NCBI GenBank assembly: GCA_014728085.1
Contig: WJMF01000020.1
Location: forward strand, 74,608 to 138,607
Source of the DNA: Candidatus Zhuqueibacterota bacterium
GTDB taxonomy: Bacteria; Zhuqueibacterota; Zhuqueibacteria; Residuimicrobiales; Oceaniaggregativiventaceae
Reading direction: 5' to 3'
Length of the DNA: 64,000 bases
Under the pieces are notes generated by a model, which did not search any database, had not been told where the DNA came from, and was given only the letters and a program-made list of their open reading frames with translations. The position numbers and the translations under genes were made by a program. Of the stretch, positions 1-9,921 are shown in pieces (the first letter of the stretch is position 1; every line of letters begins with the position of its first letter).

Positions 1-1155
1 CGAAATGTCGGAAGTGAGCTTTACTTGCGAACTCCAGTCTTTATAACCATCCTTGGACAGGGGGACGACGTACATATCACGGGAATTACGATAGGAGGCA
101 AAAAAGCGCAAGTCGCCGAGATAATCGCCGACAATTGGCACCGGCCCGCCAAAACTCATATCAACATCATAATCCGGCACCTGAATGTCCAGCTGGCGCC
201 GATGTTCCCACAAAAACAATCTTTGTGCGGCATGAGGCGTAAGGTCGTTGTCCGGATTATTATCCTGCAGGGTCTTTTGTGCTACGGAATTAAACCCCTC
301 AAAGGGGATATATTGCTTTAATGTATATTCATCCCACGCACCGTTACCGGTTCCGGTCCAGCATACCTCGTCATCGACATAGGGACGGATCCAGAAGGAT
401 TCGGGCGAATGCGGTGAATGGCCGAAATGTTTTTGCGCCACCGGACTGTATCGGCCCAGCATGCTAAAGGTGTACCCCCTTTTCTTTCCTTCCTTGGTGA
501 CCACGTTGATCACACCGGAACGAATATTACCATACTCGGCGTTGAAGCCGCCGGTTTGAATCTTGATCTCCTCCACCGAGGTATAACTCACGGCGGTGTA
601 CGGCGTATTGTCGCGCTCATCGCGAAGTGTAATACCGTTGACCACAAAAGCGGTTTCGCTTGAACTGCCGCCGCGAATGGTCATACCGCGAATACCGGCC
701 TGGGTACCGACGATAGAGGTCACACTAACAGCCGGCAATGACTCCACCTCTTCCATACTGAGATTGGCCTGACTCGAAGAAATATCCTTCACCACCACCG
801 GCCGTTGTGCCACCACAACAACCTCTTCACCTTCCAGAACCTCCTGTTGCAGTTTCATATCGATCGTAGTGGTCAGATCTATTTTGACGGTTATATTTTT
901 TACCAGATAAGAAGAGTAACCAACATATGTTGCCTTGAGATCATACTTTCCGGGAGGAACGTTGACAATTACATAATAGCCTTCGAGGTTGGTTGCAGCC
1001 CCCATTGTGGTTCCTTGCAGAATAACATTAACCCCGGGCAAGGCTTCACCGGTCTCGGCATCGGTAACCACCCCCGCGATTTTACCTGTGGTTGCTGCCT
1101 GAAGCAGTGAAACGGAAATCAATACCCCTAGAATAATCCGAGGAACTTGCCTCAT
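1..1155 (-). CDS. TonB-dependent receptor, N-terminal part (CarboxypepD_reg-like domain plus plug); the C-terminus runs off the window start
   Basis: The reverse strand from ATG at 1155 translates MRQVPRIILGVLISVSLLQAATTGKIAGVVTDAETGEALPGVNVILQGTTMGAATNLEGYYVIVNVPPGKYDLKATYVGYS... with no stop before the window edge. The same N-terminal architecture occurs in the full-length receptor at 35936. The plus-strand ORFs listed here are antisense artefacts. Confidence 0.75.
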   Translation of the reverse strand, partial: MRQVPRIILGVLISVSLLQAATTGKIAGVVTDAETGEALPGVNVILQGTTMGAATNLEGYYVIVNVPPGKYDLKATYVGYSSYLVKNITVKIDLTTTIDMKLQQEVLEGEEVVVVAQRPVVVKDISSSQANLSMEEVESLPAVSVTSIVGTQAGIRGMTIRGGSSSETAFVVNGITLRDERDNTPYTAVSYTSVEEIKIQTGGFNAEYGNIRSGVINVVTKEGKKRGYTFSMLGRYSPVAQKHFGHSPHSPESFWIRPYVDDEVCWTGTGNGAWDEYTLKQYIPFEGFNSVAQKTLQDNNPDNDLTPHAAQRLFLWEHRRQLDIQVPDYDVDMSFGGPVPIVGDYLGDLRFFASYRNSRDMYVVPLSKDGYKDWSSQVKLTSDIS

Positions 1156-1424
1156 CATAAATCCTCCCAAAAAATAAATCAGGACTTTGAACTTTTGCCA
1201 AAAAGCCGCATGCTCATCTACCGTTCTCGAATTTAGCTTACAGGTTTTCTCACAAAAAGTCAAGGATTTTTTTAACTAAAAAAGTAAGGATAATAAGCTA
1301 TTTTTTATTGATTTATAATGTTGCCTTTGTCATTAACTTAATAAGGCCAGGAAGAATAGCGGTTTTGCCTTGCCAACAAAAATAGTAAATTCATCTTACT
1401 AACAAACGCTTTTTAAAACCCGCC

Positions 1425-1658
1425 TTATCGGATCAGCTGAATCTGCTGGACGTGACGCCACGGCAAATCGATCTCGTCATCAATACCTGTTTGCATATAG
1501 ATCATATGGGTAACAATCACCTCTTCAACAACCCCCGTATCGTGCTGAGCAAAATCGAACGCGAATTTGCAGATAATTAAAAAAAAAGGATGGAATCCTT
1601 TGACAGCATCATCATCCCGGGCCATGACCTGCCATTCGAAAGCCGTTCGGGTCATACC
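1425..1658 (-). CDS. Hypothetical small protein (about 77 aa if it starts at the internal ATG)
   Basis: The ORF 1425..1793 is open, but its 5' third is encoded by a strong hairpin and A/T runs. Only the part from MTRTAFEW... looks protein-like. No family was recognised. Confidence 0.2.
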   Translation of the reverse strand, partial: GMTRTAFEWQVMARDDDAVKGFHPFFLIICKFAFDFAQHDTGVVEEVIVTHMIYMQTGIDDEIDLPWRHVQQIQLIR

Positions 1659-1716
1659 GTGCTGGAACAGAAGCCGATTAATGGATACGCTTTTCTTTCT
1701 CGACAATAAAAAAAAA

Positions 1717-1767
1717 CCCTTTTCCCTTCGGAACGAAAGAGGGAAAAGGGTTTTTAGGGGAGGAGGA
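1717..1767. terminator. Symmetric GC hairpin flanked by an A-run and a T-run (bidirectional terminator-like, or a leader attenuator)
   Basis: aaaaaaaaccctttt-cccttcggaacgaaagaggg-aaaagggttttt: a perfect stem with an A8 run upstream and a T5 run downstream. Confidence 0.4.
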
Positions 1768-2054
1768 AGATCAAGAGAAAAAGGTGGTTTCACCTTTTAC
1801 TATAGCAAAGCGCATGCCAGGCTTTATTAAAATTGCAAATTATTATTTATTATGAAATTAATAGATCAAACACTGTTTGCGCTTTGACGTTACGATTACG
1901 CTTTTGTGGTTAACAATGTTTGAATTTCAATTTGGTATCTCAGGTGCTATAAATTCCCGGCCGGTTAGGAAAAATGCAGTCTTGCATTTTATCTTACAAT
2001 AGTGTATGTTAGCAGACAAACGTTACAGTTATGTGTATATTACAATAGAAAATC

Positions 2055-3602
2055 ATGACACCGAGTAAAAAACCTGCTTCCCGGAACACAATCCTCACCA
2101 CACTCATAGAAATTCAGCAGGCTATGGGCCGTTCTGCAGAATTGCGGGAAGCGTTCAAGGCGGCTCTTCAAATTCTCTATACCTCCTATCCCATTCAATG
2201 TGGGGCAATTTTTCTGTCCGACGATAGCGGGGAAAAGATTCTCTTAAAAGCTTCCATCGGACTTGAAAAAGAACGATCAAAAGAAGAATATGAAATCGGT
2301 GAGGGATTAACCGGCAGAATCGCTGAAACCGGAAAGCCGATCGTTACTCCCCAGGTTAGTAAAGAGCCAATGTTTCTCAATCGCCTCTGTTCCTATAACC
2401 CGGCAAAAGATGCGGAATTGTCCTATATCGGTGTTCCGGTCTCGCTCGATTATAAAAATTACGGCGTATTAACGGCCTTGTTGACTTACAAGCCGGGAAG
2501 GAACCTGGAAGAGGCTCTGAACTTTTTTATGCTGGTTGCCTCCGCCCTCGTTCAGCCGATCAAATTGCGCGACGCAATCGCCCTCGAAAGACAACGGCTG
2601 ATCGATGAAAATGCGATGCTCAAACAGAAATTACAAAGCGAATACAGCTTTCATAACATCATCGGCAACAGCCATGAAATGAGAGATGTGTACGATAAGG
2701 TCAGTCAGGTCGCCCGCTCGGACACCACCGTCATGTTGAGAGGAGAATCCGGAACCGGAAAGGAACTCATTGCCCAGGCGATTCACTACAACTCACTGCG
2801 AAGCGAGATGCCGTTCGTCAGAGTAAACTGTGCCGCCATTCCCGAAACATTGATCGAAGCGGAATTTTTTGGTTACGAAAAGGGAGCGTTTACCGGTGCT
2901 GTTGAACGCAAGAAAGGTCGCTTTGAAGTGGCCGATGGCGGGACGATCTTTCTCGATGAAATCGGCGACCTCTCTCCGGCGACCCAGGTCAAACTCTTGC
3001 GGGTGTTACAAGAGAGGGAGTTTGAACGGGTAGGCGGTACGGAAACCATCAAAGTAAATATCCGCATTGTTGCAGCGACAAATCAGAATATCGAACAAAT
3101 GATCAGCGATAATCGCTTTCGCGAAGATCTCTATTACAGGCTGAATGTCTTCTCCATCTATCTGCCGCCTCTGCGGGAGAGAAAAGCAGACATTCTGTTG
3201 CTGGCGGATCATTTTATGCTCAAATATGGACGCAAGGAATCAAAATCTATCAAACGCATTTCAACCCCGGCCATCGATATGTTGATGCGTTATCACTGGC
3301 CGGGTAACGTAAGAGAACTTGAAAACTGTATAGAGAGAGCGGTCCTGCTTTGCGAAGACCAGGTCATACACAGCTACCACCTTCCGCCAACGTTGCAAAC
3401 GGCCGAAAGCAGTGGAACCCTGCCGACGCTCTCGCTTCAAAAAGCAGTGGCGTCATATGAAAAGGAACTCATTCAGGATGCCTTGAAGACGTCCAGAGGC
3501 AATCAAGCCAAAACGGCACGTCTTCTCGACACCACCGAGCGTATCCTGGGATATAAAATAAATAAATATGCAATAGATTGTAAACGTTTCAAGACCGCCT
3601 GA
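2055..3602 (+). CDS. Sigma-54-dependent transcriptional activator (GAF sensor, AAA+ domain, Fis-type HTH)
   Basis: Walker A GESGTGKE, the sigma-54-contacting GAFTGA motif ([16 protein letters not shown]), an FLDEIGDL Walker B-like region, and a C-terminal HTH ([21 protein letters not shown]). Confidence 0.9.
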   Translation: MTPSKKPASRNTILTTLIEIQQAMGRSAELREAFKAALQILYTSYPIQCGAIFLSDDSGEKILLKASIGLEKERSKEEYEIGEGLTGRIAETGKPIVTPQVSKEPMFLNRLCSYNPAKDAELSYIGVPVSLDYKNYGVLTALLTYKPGRNLEEALNFFMLVASALVQPIKLRDAIALERQRLIDENAMLKQKLQSEYSFHNIIGNSHEMRDVYDKVSQVARSDTTVMLRGESGTGKELIAQAIHYNSLRSEMPFVRVNCAAIPETLIEAEFFGYEKGAFTGAVERKKGRFEVADGGTIFLDEIGDLSPATQVKLLRVLQEREFERVGGTETIKVNIRIVAATNQNIEQMISDNRFREDLYYRLNVFSIYLPPLRERKADILLLADHFMLKYGRKESKSIKRISTPAIDMLMRYHWPGNVRELENCIERAVLLCEDQVIHSYHLPPTLQTAESSGTLPTLSLQKAVASYEKELIQDALKTSRGNQAKTARLLDTTERILGYKINKYAIDCKRFKTA

Positions 3603-3656
3603 AAACCGGATTCATCTGTTTTCACAACCATAGCAATATTGACCTGGGACTAGAAA

Positions 3657-4571
3657 ATGAAAAAACCAAAATTGTGGTGGCGGGCAATCCGGCCGTTTTC
3701 GTTTACCGTCAGTGTGATTCCACCCCTTTTGGGTGGGTTGATTGCTGCCCGCGACTATACCGATTTAAAATTCAACTGGATCTATTTCATCCTGACCATT
3801 GCGGGATGTGTGCTCGCGCATGCCGGCAGCAATATGCTCTCCGACTATTATGACTTTAAAAGCAGAGTTGACCGCAAGGGCACATTTGGTTCCAGCGGCG
3901 TTCTGGTCGCCGAACTCATGAAACCGGAACAGCTTTTAAAAGGCGCCTGGATCGCTCTCGGCGCGGCGGCTCTCATCGGCCTCTATTTTATTTTGGCATT
4001 GAACCATTCCCTTTATTTGCTGGGCCTCATGCTGGCAGGCGGTGGACTGGGATACTTTTATACGGCAAAGCCTTTTGAACTAAAATATCACGCCCTGGGA
4101 GATATTGCGGTATTTATCGCCTTTGGCTCTGCAATGAGCCTGGGAGCTTATTTTATCCAGACCCGGATGTTTTCGTGGACACCTGTGTTATATGCGCTTC
4201 CCATTGCCCTGTTGGTCGATGCTATTTTGCACAGCAATAATTTACGCGACATCCAGAACGACAAGGCTGTCCATATCACCACCTTTGCGGCCATACTGGG
4301 GGGCCACCGTTCAAAATGGTTTTATTATTTCCTCGTGTTTGGTGCCTACATCCTTACCCTGATTCTCGTTCTCTCTGCAGGGCTCTCATGGCTGGCATTG
4401 CTCAGCTGGCTTTCCCTGCCGCTGGCGCTCAAGTTAGCAACGATGATGGCCCACAAAGAAAATCTGGATGTCAGTCGATTTGCAGCAATCGATGCCTTGA
4501 CCGCACAGCTCCATTCGGCATTCGGATTGCTGTTTCTTCTCGGCCTCACTTTGGATTATTTTGTCCTATGA
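3657..4571 (+). CDS. UbiA-family aromatic prenyltransferase (MenA-like)
   Basis: Nine predicted TM helices. First Asp-rich motif SDYYDFKSRVD (MenA-like N/S-D-Y-x-D-x5-D) and second motif NNLRDIQND. Confidence 0.8.
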   Translation: MKKPKLWWRAIRPFSFTVSVIPPLLGGLIAARDYTDLKFNWIYFILTIAGCVLAHAGSNMLSDYYDFKSRVDRKGTFGSSGVLVAELMKPEQLLKGAWIALGAAALIGLYFILALNHSLYLLGLMLAGGGLGYFYTAKPFELKYHALGDIAVFIAFGSAMSLGAYFIQTRMFSWTPVLYALPIALLVDAILHSNNLRDIQNDKAVHITTFAAILGGHRSKWFYYFLVFGAYILTLILVLSAGLSWLALLSWLSLPLALKLATMMAHKENLDVSRFAAIDALTAQLHSAFGLLFLLGLTLDYFVL

Positions 4572-5209
4572 TAAAAATAAACCGGCGAAATGATCTTATC
4601 GTTGCGGCATCTCTACTCCTCGCTTTTTTGCTCTGGTTTGTAACCTTTGTTGTAAAACCAATGAATTTTTGGCTGATGATGTCATTCAACACCCTGCTGC
4701 TTGCAGCCATTTCATTGTATGGCTGCAAACCCGAATTTTACAAACCATCCGTCAAAGACCTGATCGGCGGCATTTTTTCAGGCTTGTTTTTATATGCCGT
4801 TTTTTGGGCAGGGAATGAACTATTGATTTTCCTTTCGCGTTATATGTATCTGTTTGAAAACCGTGCCGAGAATATCTCCGCCATTTATGCAAACCGCCAG
4901 TCCTTGCCGCCATTTCTGGTAGCGCTTTTGCTCTTCTTTCCAATTGGATTTGGCGAGGAACTCTACTGGCGTGGATGGGTACAAATGTATACGGCTAAAA
5001 AATACAATGCCGGTTTTGCCTGGGCGGGAACCATCGTTCTTTATACATCGGTTCATCTCTGTACGGGTAATCCCGTTCTGATTCTGGCCGCCCTGACATG
5101 CGGATTTTACTGGGGAACCTTATATCGCCTGACCGGCAGACTATGGCTGGTTCTCTTCTCTCATATGATTTGGGACCCGCTTGTTTTTGTGATAAAGCCA
5201 ATCATGTAA
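4568..5209 (+). CDS. CPBP-family intramembrane metalloprotease (type II CAAX protease / Abi)
   Basis: EELYWRG (EExxxR), SVHL (FxxxH) and SHMIWD (HxxxD/N) motifs in TM helices. Its ATG overlaps the UbiA stop (ATGA), which suggests translational coupling. Confidence 0.75.
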   Translation: MIKINRRNDLIVAASLLLAFLLWFVTFVVKPMNFWLMMSFNTLLLAAISLYGCKPEFYKPSVKDLIGGIFSGLFLYAVFWAGNELLIFLSRYMYLFENRAENISAIYANRQSLPPFLVALLLFFPIGFGEELYWRGWVQMYTAKKYNAGFAWAGTIVLYTSVHLCTGNPVLILAALTCGFYWGTLYRLTGRLWLVLFSHMIWDPLVFVIKPIM

Positions 5210-5226
5210 TAAAAGAGACAACGCTT

Positions 5227-6333
5227 ATGAAAATAGTGACCCTGCTCATCGTTTTGTTATCCTCTCTCAACGCCGCTCCACAATCTTTATCGCCGCTGGA
5301 ACGGCAGTTAAAGAAGGATATAAGCGACGGCCGTCTCGATTCCTATAACCACATCGAAGCTGCATTTATCCTGTCCGGCGTTAGAAATCACGACAGTCTG
5401 CAAACCTGTCTGCATTGGTACGATGATCTTATTCAAACCATAAAGACATTCGACATCGACCATTTTGAACGCGTTAATTCCGCTGCCAAAGTATTCTCCT
5501 ATCTGCATACCACCTGGTTAATAGACTATCGTGAACGGGCAACCACACTGCTGGATGTGGTGAGGAAAAAGCAGTACAACTGCGTCGCCGGAACCATTCT
5601 TTATAACCTGGTATGCGAGTCGCTTGGCTGGCACACGGAAGCATTTGAAACGCCCTCCCATACCTATACCATTTTCCCAAACTTTAGCCGAAATCTTGTT
5701 GTGGAAAATACCACCACCTATGGTTTTGACATACTCGAAAATCTAAACCAATATTCCCGATATCTTGCCCAATTTTACCCTTCCGAAAAGGTATACCAGA
5801 TCGGCCTTGACCGTCTCTACGAATATGAAAATTCCAAAGGCCGGGTGATCACCAATACTGAGCTTCTGGGATTGCTGGCCTATAACCGCGCTTATTTTGC
5901 TGAAGGTCAAAAAAATTACGATCAGGCCTATGAATTCGTCATCCTGGCGCAATATTTTAACAAAGATTCGAGATCAAACATAAATTTCGAAATAAACCTC
6001 TATAATGTTTGGGGAAAGCAACTGTTTGATTCGCGCAGATTCCACCAGGCGTTTGAGCTCTATGCCGATGCTTACTATAGATATTGGCAAGAAGAGGTGT
6101 TTGCCCACAATTGCAAGGCAGCTTTCTTCAATGCCGCCTCGCAAGATTGGCAACAAAAAAGATGGATTTCAACGATAAGGCTATTCCAGGAGATATATGA
6201 TCTGGATATTTTGCAATCCAAAGACCATTACCGCGCCACGCAAATGTTAAATAGCTGGGTACACTTTTTTGACAGGAACAGCAAGCCGAAGGAAAAAAAA
6301 GAGGCAATGGAGCTTTTACAAAATTTTCAATAA
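5227..6333 (+). CDS. Secreted transglutaminase-like (papain-fold Cys/His) protein with a TPR-like C-terminal region
   Basis: Signal peptide MKIVTLLIVLLSSLNAAPQS. The core YNCVAGTILYNLVCESLGWHTEAFETPSHTYTIF resembles the transglutaminase-core Cys...His spacing. Confidence 0.45.
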   Translation: MKIVTLLIVLLSSLNAAPQSLSPLERQLKKDISDGRLDSYNHIEAAFILSGVRNHDSLQTCLHWYDDLIQTIKTFDIDHFERVNSAAKVFSYLHTTWLIDYRERATTLLDVVRKKQYNCVAGTILYNLVCESLGWHTEAFETPSHTYTIFPNFSRNLVVENTTTYGFDILENLNQYSRYLAQFYPSEKVYQIGLDRLYEYENSKGRVITNTELLGLLAYNRAYFAEGQKNYDQAYEFVILAQYFNKDSRSNINFEINLYNVWGKQLFDSRRFHQAFELYADAYYRYWQEEVFAHNCKAAFFNAASQDWQQKRWISTIRLFQEIYDLDILQSKDHYRATQMLNSWVHFFDRNSKPKEKKEAMELLQNFQ

Positions 6334-6351
6334 TCCCCGCTATTCATCTGA

Positions 6352-6570
6352 CTAGTTGAATTTATTCCTCACCAGCCAGACAAAAATAAGATAGAGAAAC
6401 CACAATATCACAAACAGCCGGGCACCCAACCATAAATCCTTTCCCAATGTCCGAAATTCTTTTTTCAAGCCGCCCGGTTTGAAAAGATCGCCTTTGGTCG
6501 CAGCAACAAAGATTTTTTCAACAATGACAAATAGTGCAATAACAAAGAGAAAATAGAAAAAAATTTTCAT
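6352..6570 (-). CDS. Small hydrophobic membrane protein (72 aa, two TM helices)
   Basis: ORF only. It sits immediately upstream of the polyprenyl synthase on the same strand. Confidence 0.3.
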   Translation of the reverse strand: MKIFFYFLFVIALFVIVEKIFVAATKGDLFKPGGLKKEFRTLGKDLWLGARLFVILWFLYLIFVWLVRNKFN

Positions 6571-6585
6571 AAGAGGGGGATAGAG

Positions 6586-7557
6586 TTAAAATGTTCTGGT
6601 TTCGATTTGCTCCAACAAGGCGACGAGAATATCTTTAGCTACAGACGCTTTTATCAAAGATAAATTCCGGCGTGCCGCACCGAGCGCTTGCTGAATTTCT
6701 TTTTCCGCCGCATCGAATGTCCCGCTCTTTTTACAGAGCTGAATGAATCGCGCGAAATCCGATTGGGCCGGTGATTTTAGCGCCAATATATCGTTAAAGA
6801 CCTGTAACGCTTCGGCGTGAAGATGGTCACGGGCATAAGATACCAAAAATGTTTTTTTGCCTCCCCGCAAATCGCTGCCGATTTTTTTCCCCAACACGTC
6901 ATCCCGGGAAATCAAATCGAGAATATCATCCTGAATTTGAAAGGCAAATCCGATTCGGTTGCCATACTGTTCCAGAGCTTTGATTTGCTCCGCGCTGCCG
7001 TCTCCGAGATATGCCCCCAACTGACAAGACAATGAGAAAAGCCGGCCGGTTTTTTTAGCAATCATGTCGTAATATTCTTGTACCGATACCCCTTCCCGTT
7101 TTTCAAAATCTTTATCCAGAACCTGACCTTCACAAATTTCCAAAATGCCGCTGGAAAACTCACCGATCATATAGGGCATTTTTTTTTCATCGACAGAGGA
7201 TAAAAGCTCAAATGCTTTTACCAGTAGAGCGTCGCCCGTAAGAATTGCCGTATTCTCATTCCACTTTTTATGTACGGTCTGACGTCCGCGTCGCAGATCA
7301 TCCTCATCCATAATATCGTCATGCACAAGGGTAAAATTATGGACACATTCCAGCGCCACGGCGACATCAAGCAAAGAACGAAAATCACCCCCAACCGCCT
7401 CACAACAGGCAAGAAACAAAACAGGACGCAATTGTTTGCCACCGGAACTCGCTACATAACGGACGGGATCGTAGAGTGAATTCGGTTTTCTGTCTCTAAA
7501 AATGGCCGCCGTCCGTTCATTGAGGGCGTCACGATATTGTGAGATTCTTTTTTGCAC
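6586..7557 (-). CDS. Polyprenyl diphosphate synthase (IspB/GGPPS family)
   Basis: FARM motif LVHDDIMDEDDLRRGR and SARM motif FQIQDDILD. At 323 aa it is the same length class as IspB. The track start is GTG. Confidence 0.9.
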   Translation of the reverse strand: MQKRISQYRDALNERTAAIFRDRKPNSLYDPVRYVASSGGKQLRPVLFLACCEAVGGDFRSLLDVAVALECVHNFTLVHDDIMDEDDLRRGRQTVHKKWNENTAILTGDALLVKAFELLSSVDEKKMPYMIGEFSSGILEICEGQVLDKDFEKREGVSVQEYYDMIAKKTGRLFSLSCQLGAYLGDGSAEQIKALEQYGNRIGFAFQIQDDILDLISRDDVLGKKIGSDLRGGKKTFLVSYARDHLHAEALQVFNDILALKSPAQSDFARFIQLCKKSGTFDAAEKEIQQALGAARRNLSLIKASVAKDILVALLEQIETRTF

Positions 7558-7715
7558 GTTTTTGCTTTATTAAATCACTGTAAAAAAAGTGCCCGGCTAT
7601 TTTACAGATAAACCGGACACGAAAAATTTTGTACCTGTTTTAAAAATACAATTTGAATGGAAGACAAGCAAGCAAAAAATCAGGCCAGCCAATGACGGGT
7701 ATTATCGGTCTCCAA

Positions 7716-8297
7716 TTATAATTCCGGGAATCCCTTTGTGCCTTTTGTTACCGCCTGCTGAAATTTGGTTTGGTCAAAAATCGCATTTTTCAAAGAGGCT
7801 TCGCTGAGATCGGCTTTGGAGAAAGAAGCACCGGTCAGGTCACACCGCTCAAGATGCGCATTCTTGAGATTAACCTGCTCCAAAACCGTCTTTCGACAAT
7901 TGGCCCGTTTCATTCGCGCCCGCTCCATGTTGGAGCCGCTGAGATTGGCATTTTCAAGGTTTGATCCGAAAAGACTAATATGATACATATTGGCATTTTG
8001 AAGCGAGGCATTCTCCAGATTGCAATCCTGCAGATTAGCGTCTTGCATATTGGTATTATCCAGATTTGCTGCAAGCAGATTGCTGCCAAAGAAGAAAGAT
8101 CCGGTCAGGTTGGCCCCTTTAAGGTTAGCCCCCTCAAAATTCGCATTATTCAGATTGGCTTTTGATAAATTCGCCCCTTCAAGATTAATGCCCTTTAAAT
8201 TTTCATATGACAAATCGATGCCGCTCAGGTCATACCCGGCCAGAGATTCGCCGTTTCTGATTTTTGCAACAACTTGTTCCCTGCTCATCGAAGGCAT
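7716..8297 (-). CDS. Pentapeptide-repeat protein
   Basis: Long run of A(N/D)L(S/T/K)x pentapeptides (ANLSKANLNNANFEGANLKGANLTGS...). The start was reassigned to the ATG at 8297, which has a GGAGAG ribosome-binding site six nt upstream. The track M at 8303 is TTG. Confidence 0.8.
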   Translation of the reverse strand: MPSMSREQVVAKIRNGESLAGYDLSGIDLSYENLKGINLEGANLSKANLNNANFEGANLKGANLTGSFFFGSNLLAANLDNTNMQDANLQDCNLENASLQNANMYHISLFGSNLENANLSGSNMERARMKRANCRKTVLEQVNLKNAHLERCDLTGASFSKADLSEASLKNAIFDQTKFQQAVTKGTKGFPEL

Positions 8298-8308
8298 AAA
8301 CAACTCTC

Positions 8309-8647
8309 CTATTTATAACTCTCAATGGCTTGTTCGACTGATTTATAGTCCGAAAAAACAGAATCGAGCTTTGTAATTTGAATGGGCCGGCGCAACCTGT
8401 CATTGAGATTGGCCAGTCTCAAATCTCCGCCGCTGCTCCTCAAGCTGGTCAGAGCGCTGATCAATACGCCGAGGCCGGAACTGTTCATCCAGCTAACCTG
8501 CGACATATCGACAACGACATTGACGGTTTCATTTTTCAACGTCTTGTCGATAATTTTACGAAAATCGTCATTCTCCGTTCCCCCCATCAATTCCCCTTTG
8601 AGTTTAAGAACAAGAACATCATTTTGAACTGATTCCTGAATATCCAT
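8309..8647 (-). CDS. STAS-domain protein (SpoIIAA / anti-sigma-factor-antagonist fold; possibly an MlaB-like ABC accessory)
   Basis: VVVDMSQVSWMNSSGLGVLISAL is the typical STAS core with its phosphorylatable Ser region. Strong AAGGAGG ribosome-binding site. It lies 6 nt upstream of the pentapeptide gene and 16 nt downstream of the ABC permease. Confidence 0.8.
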   Translation of the reverse strand: MDIQESVQNDVLVLKLKGELMGGTENDDFRKIIDKTLKNETVNVVVDMSQVSWMNSSGLGVLISALTSLRSSGGDLRLANLNDRLRRPIQITKLDSVFSDYKSVEQAIESYK

Positions 8648-8662
8648 ATATATCCTCCTTAA

Positions 8663-9892
8663 TTATTCATGCCGAAGCGCGGCGATGGGATCAAGACGAG
8701 CGGCCTTGCTGGCGGGATAGACGCCAAAAAGAATCCCGACAAAAGAACAAAAAATCAGGGCGCCAAAAACCACAAATACCGGCACGGCAGCAGGCACGGG
8801 CGAAACCATGTCGACAAATTTTGCCAATGCCAGCCCAAGCACGATACCTATAACGCCTCCGACTTCACACAGCACGATCGCTTCCACCAAAAATTGCCAC
8901 AGAATGTTGCGTTTCTTTGCCCCGATAGATTTTCGGATACCGATTTCACGTGTTCTCTCGGTAACGGACACCAACAGAATATTCATAATACCGACGCCGG
9001 CGACCAGCAGTGAAATAGATGCTATCGCTATACTCACAATACGGGCAATCCTGGTTAAATTATTGAAAAAATCCACCATGGTGTCATTGGAAAAAATTTC
9101 AAAATCATTCTCTTCACCCGGCGGCACCTTGCGCACCGCACGCATGACGCCAATGGTCTGTTCCATGGTCGCATTGAACAATTCCGCGCTTTTTGCCTGT
9201 ACCGTGATATTTAAAGAGCGCTCCTTACCAAAGATATCGATAAACGGACCAATCGGAACCACCACATAATTGTCCCTGCTGTTGCCAAAAGCGCTGCCTC
9301 TCTCGGCAAAGACACCGATGACCTGAAAACGAACACCGCGTATCTTGATCTCTTTTCCTGGCGGAGATTGAAAGGGAAACAGCCTTTCCGCCACCTCCCT
9401 GCCGATAACGGCAACAGAGCGGTTAAAGTTCAGGTCCTGGGGCACCAAAAATCGGCCCTCTGCCATTGTAAACCCATTATTCTCCAAAAACTCGGGCGTT
9501 CCCCCGCAAATCGACACGCTTGGCAACGTTTTGCGATCCTCGAATCGAATCTCCTCTCCTCCGGAACGCCAATATTCAGCCCCGATGGCACGGGCAAGAT
9601 GAACGCGTTCCTTGAGCGCAAGATAATGGTCAAGAGTGATGTCTTTGCGGTTTCGGTATTTACGCCGCTCGTCACCGCCGGCATTGATCGCCGGGTATTT
9701 TTGCACCTGGAACGTATTGGCCCCCAATCCGCTTACCTGTTCATGAAAGCTGTTTTGCAATCCCTGAACCAGGGAATACATGGCGATGATGGTCATTACA
9801 CCAATGATGATGCCGAGCAGGGTCAATGCCGAGCGCATTTTGTTCGTCCGGATGGCGGTCAGGGCAATATTAAAACTTTCTCCGACTTGCAT
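8663..9892 (-). CDS. ABC transporter permease, MacB/FtsX family
   Basis: N-terminal TM helix, large periplasmic domain and three C-terminal TM helices (FtsX). Paralogue of the next gene. Confidence 0.85.
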   Translation of the reverse strand: MQVGESFNIALTAIRTNKMRSALTLLGIIIGVMTIIAMYSLVQGLQNSFHEQVSGLGANTFQVQKYPAINAGGDERRKYRNRKDITLDHYLALKERVHLARAIGAEYWRSGGEEIRFEDRKTLPSVSICGGTPEFLENNGFTMAEGRFLVPQDLNFNRSVAVIGREVAERLFPFQSPPGKEIKIRGVRFQVIGVFAERGSAFGNSRDNYVVVPIGPFIDIFGKERSLNITVQAKSAELFNATMEQTIGVMRAVRKVPPGEENDFEIFSNDTMVDFFNNLTRIARIVSIAIASISLLVAGVGIMNILLVSVTERTREIGIRKSIGAKKRNILWQFLVEAIVLCEVGGVIGIVLGLALAKFVDMVSPVPAAVPVFVVFGALIFCSFVGILFGVYPASKAARLDPIAALRHE

Positions 9893-9921
9893 GCTAGCCT
9901 CACAGGAAATAAAATAAAGTT

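Noticed and set aside
25-1110. Three plus-strand ORFs (25..321, 418..663, 805..1110) at the window start
   Set aside because: They are antisense to a well-supported partial TonB-dependent receptor gene on the minus strand (start 1155, with the same N-terminal architecture as the gene at 35936). They have no recognisable motifs.
4316-4570. The N-terminal 84 aa of track ORF 4316..5209, which overlaps the UbiA gene
   Set aside because: It is an out-of-frame read-through of the UbiA coding sequence. The CPBP protease is better explained by the ATG at 4568, which overlaps the UbiA stop (ATGA).
8020-8376. A 118-aa plus-strand ORF opposite the pentapeptide-repeat gene
   Set aside because: It is a mirror artefact of the repetitive pentapeptide coding sequence (PLRLAPSKFALFRLAFDKFAPSRL is itself repeat-derived). 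There is no ribosome-binding site.
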